NCBI GenBank assembly: GCA_947647505.1
Contig: CANSKO010000009.1
Span: 20,119 to 84,118, forward strand
Source of the DNA: an uncultured Roseburia sp.
GTDB taxonomy: Bacteria > Bacillota > Clostridia > Lachnospirales > Lachnospiraceae
Reading direction: 5' to 3'
DNA: 64,000 nt
Made by a program: the position numbers and the translations under genes. Within the stretch, counting starts at the first letter, position 1. Each line of letters begins with the position of its first letter. Shown here one piece after another: positions 62,057 to 64,000 of this stretch. The notes under the pieces were generated by a model, which saw only the letters and a list, made by a program, of their open reading frames with translations, ran no database searches and was not told where the DNA came from.

Positions 62057-62682
62057 AAAAATGGATACAGGCGCCGTATATCGACCAGACAGAGCGGTAT
62101 CCGACGGGCTGCGAAAGCGTATCCGCCGTTATGCTGCTGCACTATCTTGGCATACCGATTACGGTAGATGCGTTTATTGACGACTATCTGGAAAAAGCGC
62201 CCGTCATCAGCAGAAAGGGGCGGCTTTACGGGCCGGATCCCTTCCTGTCTTTTGCGGGAAGCCCGTATGACGCGGCTTCGTTTGGCTGCTATGCGCCGGT
62301 TATTGCAAACGCGTTAAACCGCGTGTTTGCTGCGCAAAAGCCGGAGTATCTGGCGAAAGACATTACGGGAATGCCCGTTTCAAAGATGCTTGCGCAGTTT
62401 CTGGACCGGGATATGCCGGTGGTATTCTGGGCCAGCCTTGATATGAAAGAGACGGTTCCAGGTCCAAAGTGGCAGCTTCCGGACGGTTCTGTTTTTACAT
62501 GGCGGTCCAATGAGCATTGTATGCTTCTGATGGGATATGAGGAGGATGCGTTGTATTTTAATGATCCGTGGCAGAACCACGGCTGCATGCGCTGGCCTCT
62601 GTCGCTTGTGGAGCGGCGTCATAAAGAGCAGCGCGGGCTGGCCGTGGCGGTGATTAAGGAGGGAAAGTATGCTTTACGATGA
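62053..62682 (+). CDS. C39-like cysteine peptidase
   Basis: Q...YPTGCE, EHCMLLMGY, FNDPW. Confidence 0.85.
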   Translation: MKKWIQAPYIDQTERYPTGCESVSAVMLLHYLGIPITVDAFIDDYLEKAPVISRKGRLYGPDPFLSFAGSPYDAASFGCYAPVIANALNRVFAAQKPEYLAKDITGMPVSKMLAQFLDRDMPVVFWASLDMKETVPGPKWQLPDGSVFTWRSNEHCMLLMGYEEDALYFNDPWQNHGCMRWPLSLVERRHKEQRGLAVAVIKEGKYALR

Positions 62683-63058
62683 AGAAAAAGATTATCTGAT
62701 GCGTATGATTCGGGAGACATCCGAAATGCTGTTTTCCGTTTTGCTTGGGAAGCCATACGCGCATGTGGAGCCGGAAGCGGAAAATTTATACGAAATATGC
62801 GGGAAAACGCTGCGGGAGTATAAAGATATGGTGGATCGGGGCGACGTCAACGAGGCGGAAAACAGGCTTCTTTGCGACATGGACGGCGCAGACCGGAACG
62901 AAGCGGCGGCAGCCGTTCTTTTTTATCGGCATATAGCGGAAAAGGGAGAGGAATTTTTAAAACAAAACGGCTATTCGCTGGAAGAAGCTCTGGACGGTTT
63001 GAACGGGCTGGCGGAAAAGACGGGGCTGAAAGAGATGTGCGAGTTGATCCGTGACTGA
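62669..63058 (+). CDS. DUF6483-like hypothetical protein
   Basis: DYLMRMI, NEAENRL, FLKQNGYSLEE. Confidence 0.6.
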   Translation: MLYDEEKDYLMRMIRETSEMLFSVLLGKPYAHVEPEAENLYEICGKTLREYKDMVDRGDVNEAENRLLCDMDGADRNEAAAAVLFYRHIAEKGEEFLKQNGYSLEEALDGLNGLAEKTGLKEMCELIRD

Positions 63059-63097
63059 TGGATGGGACGCGGCAATTTGGGTTTTGGAGGAATACAC

Positions 63098-64000
63098 TTG
63101 GCTGATTTGAGAAAAGAAATTGAAAAAAGAAGGACGTTTGCCATTATATCGCATCCGGATGCGGGGAAGACGACGCTGACGGAGAAATTTCTGCTCTATG
63201 GCGGCGCGATCAATCTTGCAGGGTCTGTCAAAGGCAAAGCGACGGCAAGGCATGCAGTGTCAGACTGGATGGAAATTGAAAAAGAGAGGGGAATTTCCGT
63301 TACGTCTTCCGTGCTGCAATTTCACTATGACGGCTATTGCATCAATATTTTGGATACGCCGGGGCATCAGGATTTTTCGGAGGATACGTATCGGACGCTG
63401 ATGGCGGCGGATTCGGCCGTTATGGTAATCGACGGGTCCAAAGGCGTGGAGGCGCAGACGCGAAAATTATTCAAAGTATGCGTGATGCGCCATATTCCCA
63501 TTTTTACATTTATCAATAAGATGGACAGAGACGCGAACGATACGTTCGATCTTCTGGATGAAATTGAAAAAGAGCTTGGGATCGCCACCTGTCCGATCAA
63601 CTGGCCAATTGGCTCCGGCAAACAGTTTAAAGGCGTATACGACAGGGAGCAAAAAGAAGTCATGCTCTACAGCGATACGCAAAAGGGGACAAAAGAAGGC
63701 GAGGAAAAAGTGATTTCGATTGCGGACGCTTCGCTTCAAAAGGAGATCGGCGAAGAAGCGCTGGCGGCGCTGACGGAGGAGATCGAGCTTCTGGATGGAG
63801 CCAGCGCCGAATTTGATATAGAACGGGTGGCAAAGGGAGAGCTTTCGCCTGTCTTTTTCGGATCGGCGCTGACGAATTTTGGCGTGGAAACGTTTTTGAA
63901 GCATTTTCTGAAGATGACGTCGTCTCCCCTTCCCAGAAAATCCGATCTGGGAGAAAAAAATCCGTTTGATTCAGACTTTTCGGCTTTTGTATTTAAAATA
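63098..64000 (+). CDS. prfC: Peptide chain release factor 3 (3' end outside the window; absent from the ORF track)
   Basis: GGAGG + TTG; [57 protein letters not shown]. Confidence 0.96.
   Translation, partial: MADLRKEIEKRRTFAIISHPDAGKTTLTEKFLLYGGAINLAGSVKGKATARHAVSDWMEIEKERGISVTSSVLQFHYDGYCINILDTPGHQDFSEDTYRTLMAADSAVMVIDGSKGVEAQTRKLFKVCVMRHIPIFTFINKMDRDANDTFDLLDEIEKELGIATCPINWPIGSGKQFKGVYDREQKEVMLYSDTQKGTKEGEEKVISIADASLQKEIGEEALAALTEEIELLDGASAEFDIERVAKGELSPVFFGSALTNFGVETFLKHFLKMTSSPLPRKSDLGEKNPFDSDFSAFVFKI

Overview
Chromosomal window from a spore-forming Clostridia gut bacterium; gene content and order look Lachnospiraceae-like (inference). Most of it is housekeeping: nfnAB, feoAB, gltX, trpS, sigK, comM-dprA-topA-codY, rpmE-prmC-prfA, polA-coaE, bsh and a truncated prfC. 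Embedded in this are several unusual modules: (1) an uncharacterised operon of a 1190-aa DUF5717-like Ig/helical protein, a divergent lid-less Hsp70-fold protein (DUF5716-like), a TPR protein and a coiled-coil membrane protein; (2) an AT-rich three-gene Menshen-type anti-phage cassette with a RelE/Gp49-like effector, inserted between sigK and comM; (3) a GlgX/isoamylase homologue that appears to have lost its catalytic residues; (4) a spore-surface island with sigmaK-type promoters, encoding a Cys-repeat minicollagen-like protein, a GT2-TPR glycosyltransferase and a BclB-type collagen; (5) an amidase-PdaA fusion; (6) an FtsA-fold ATPase carrying ubiquitin-like repeats. No rRNA, tRNA, CRISPR array, integrase or transposase was seen. 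All family assignments come from motif recognition by eye, not from database searches.
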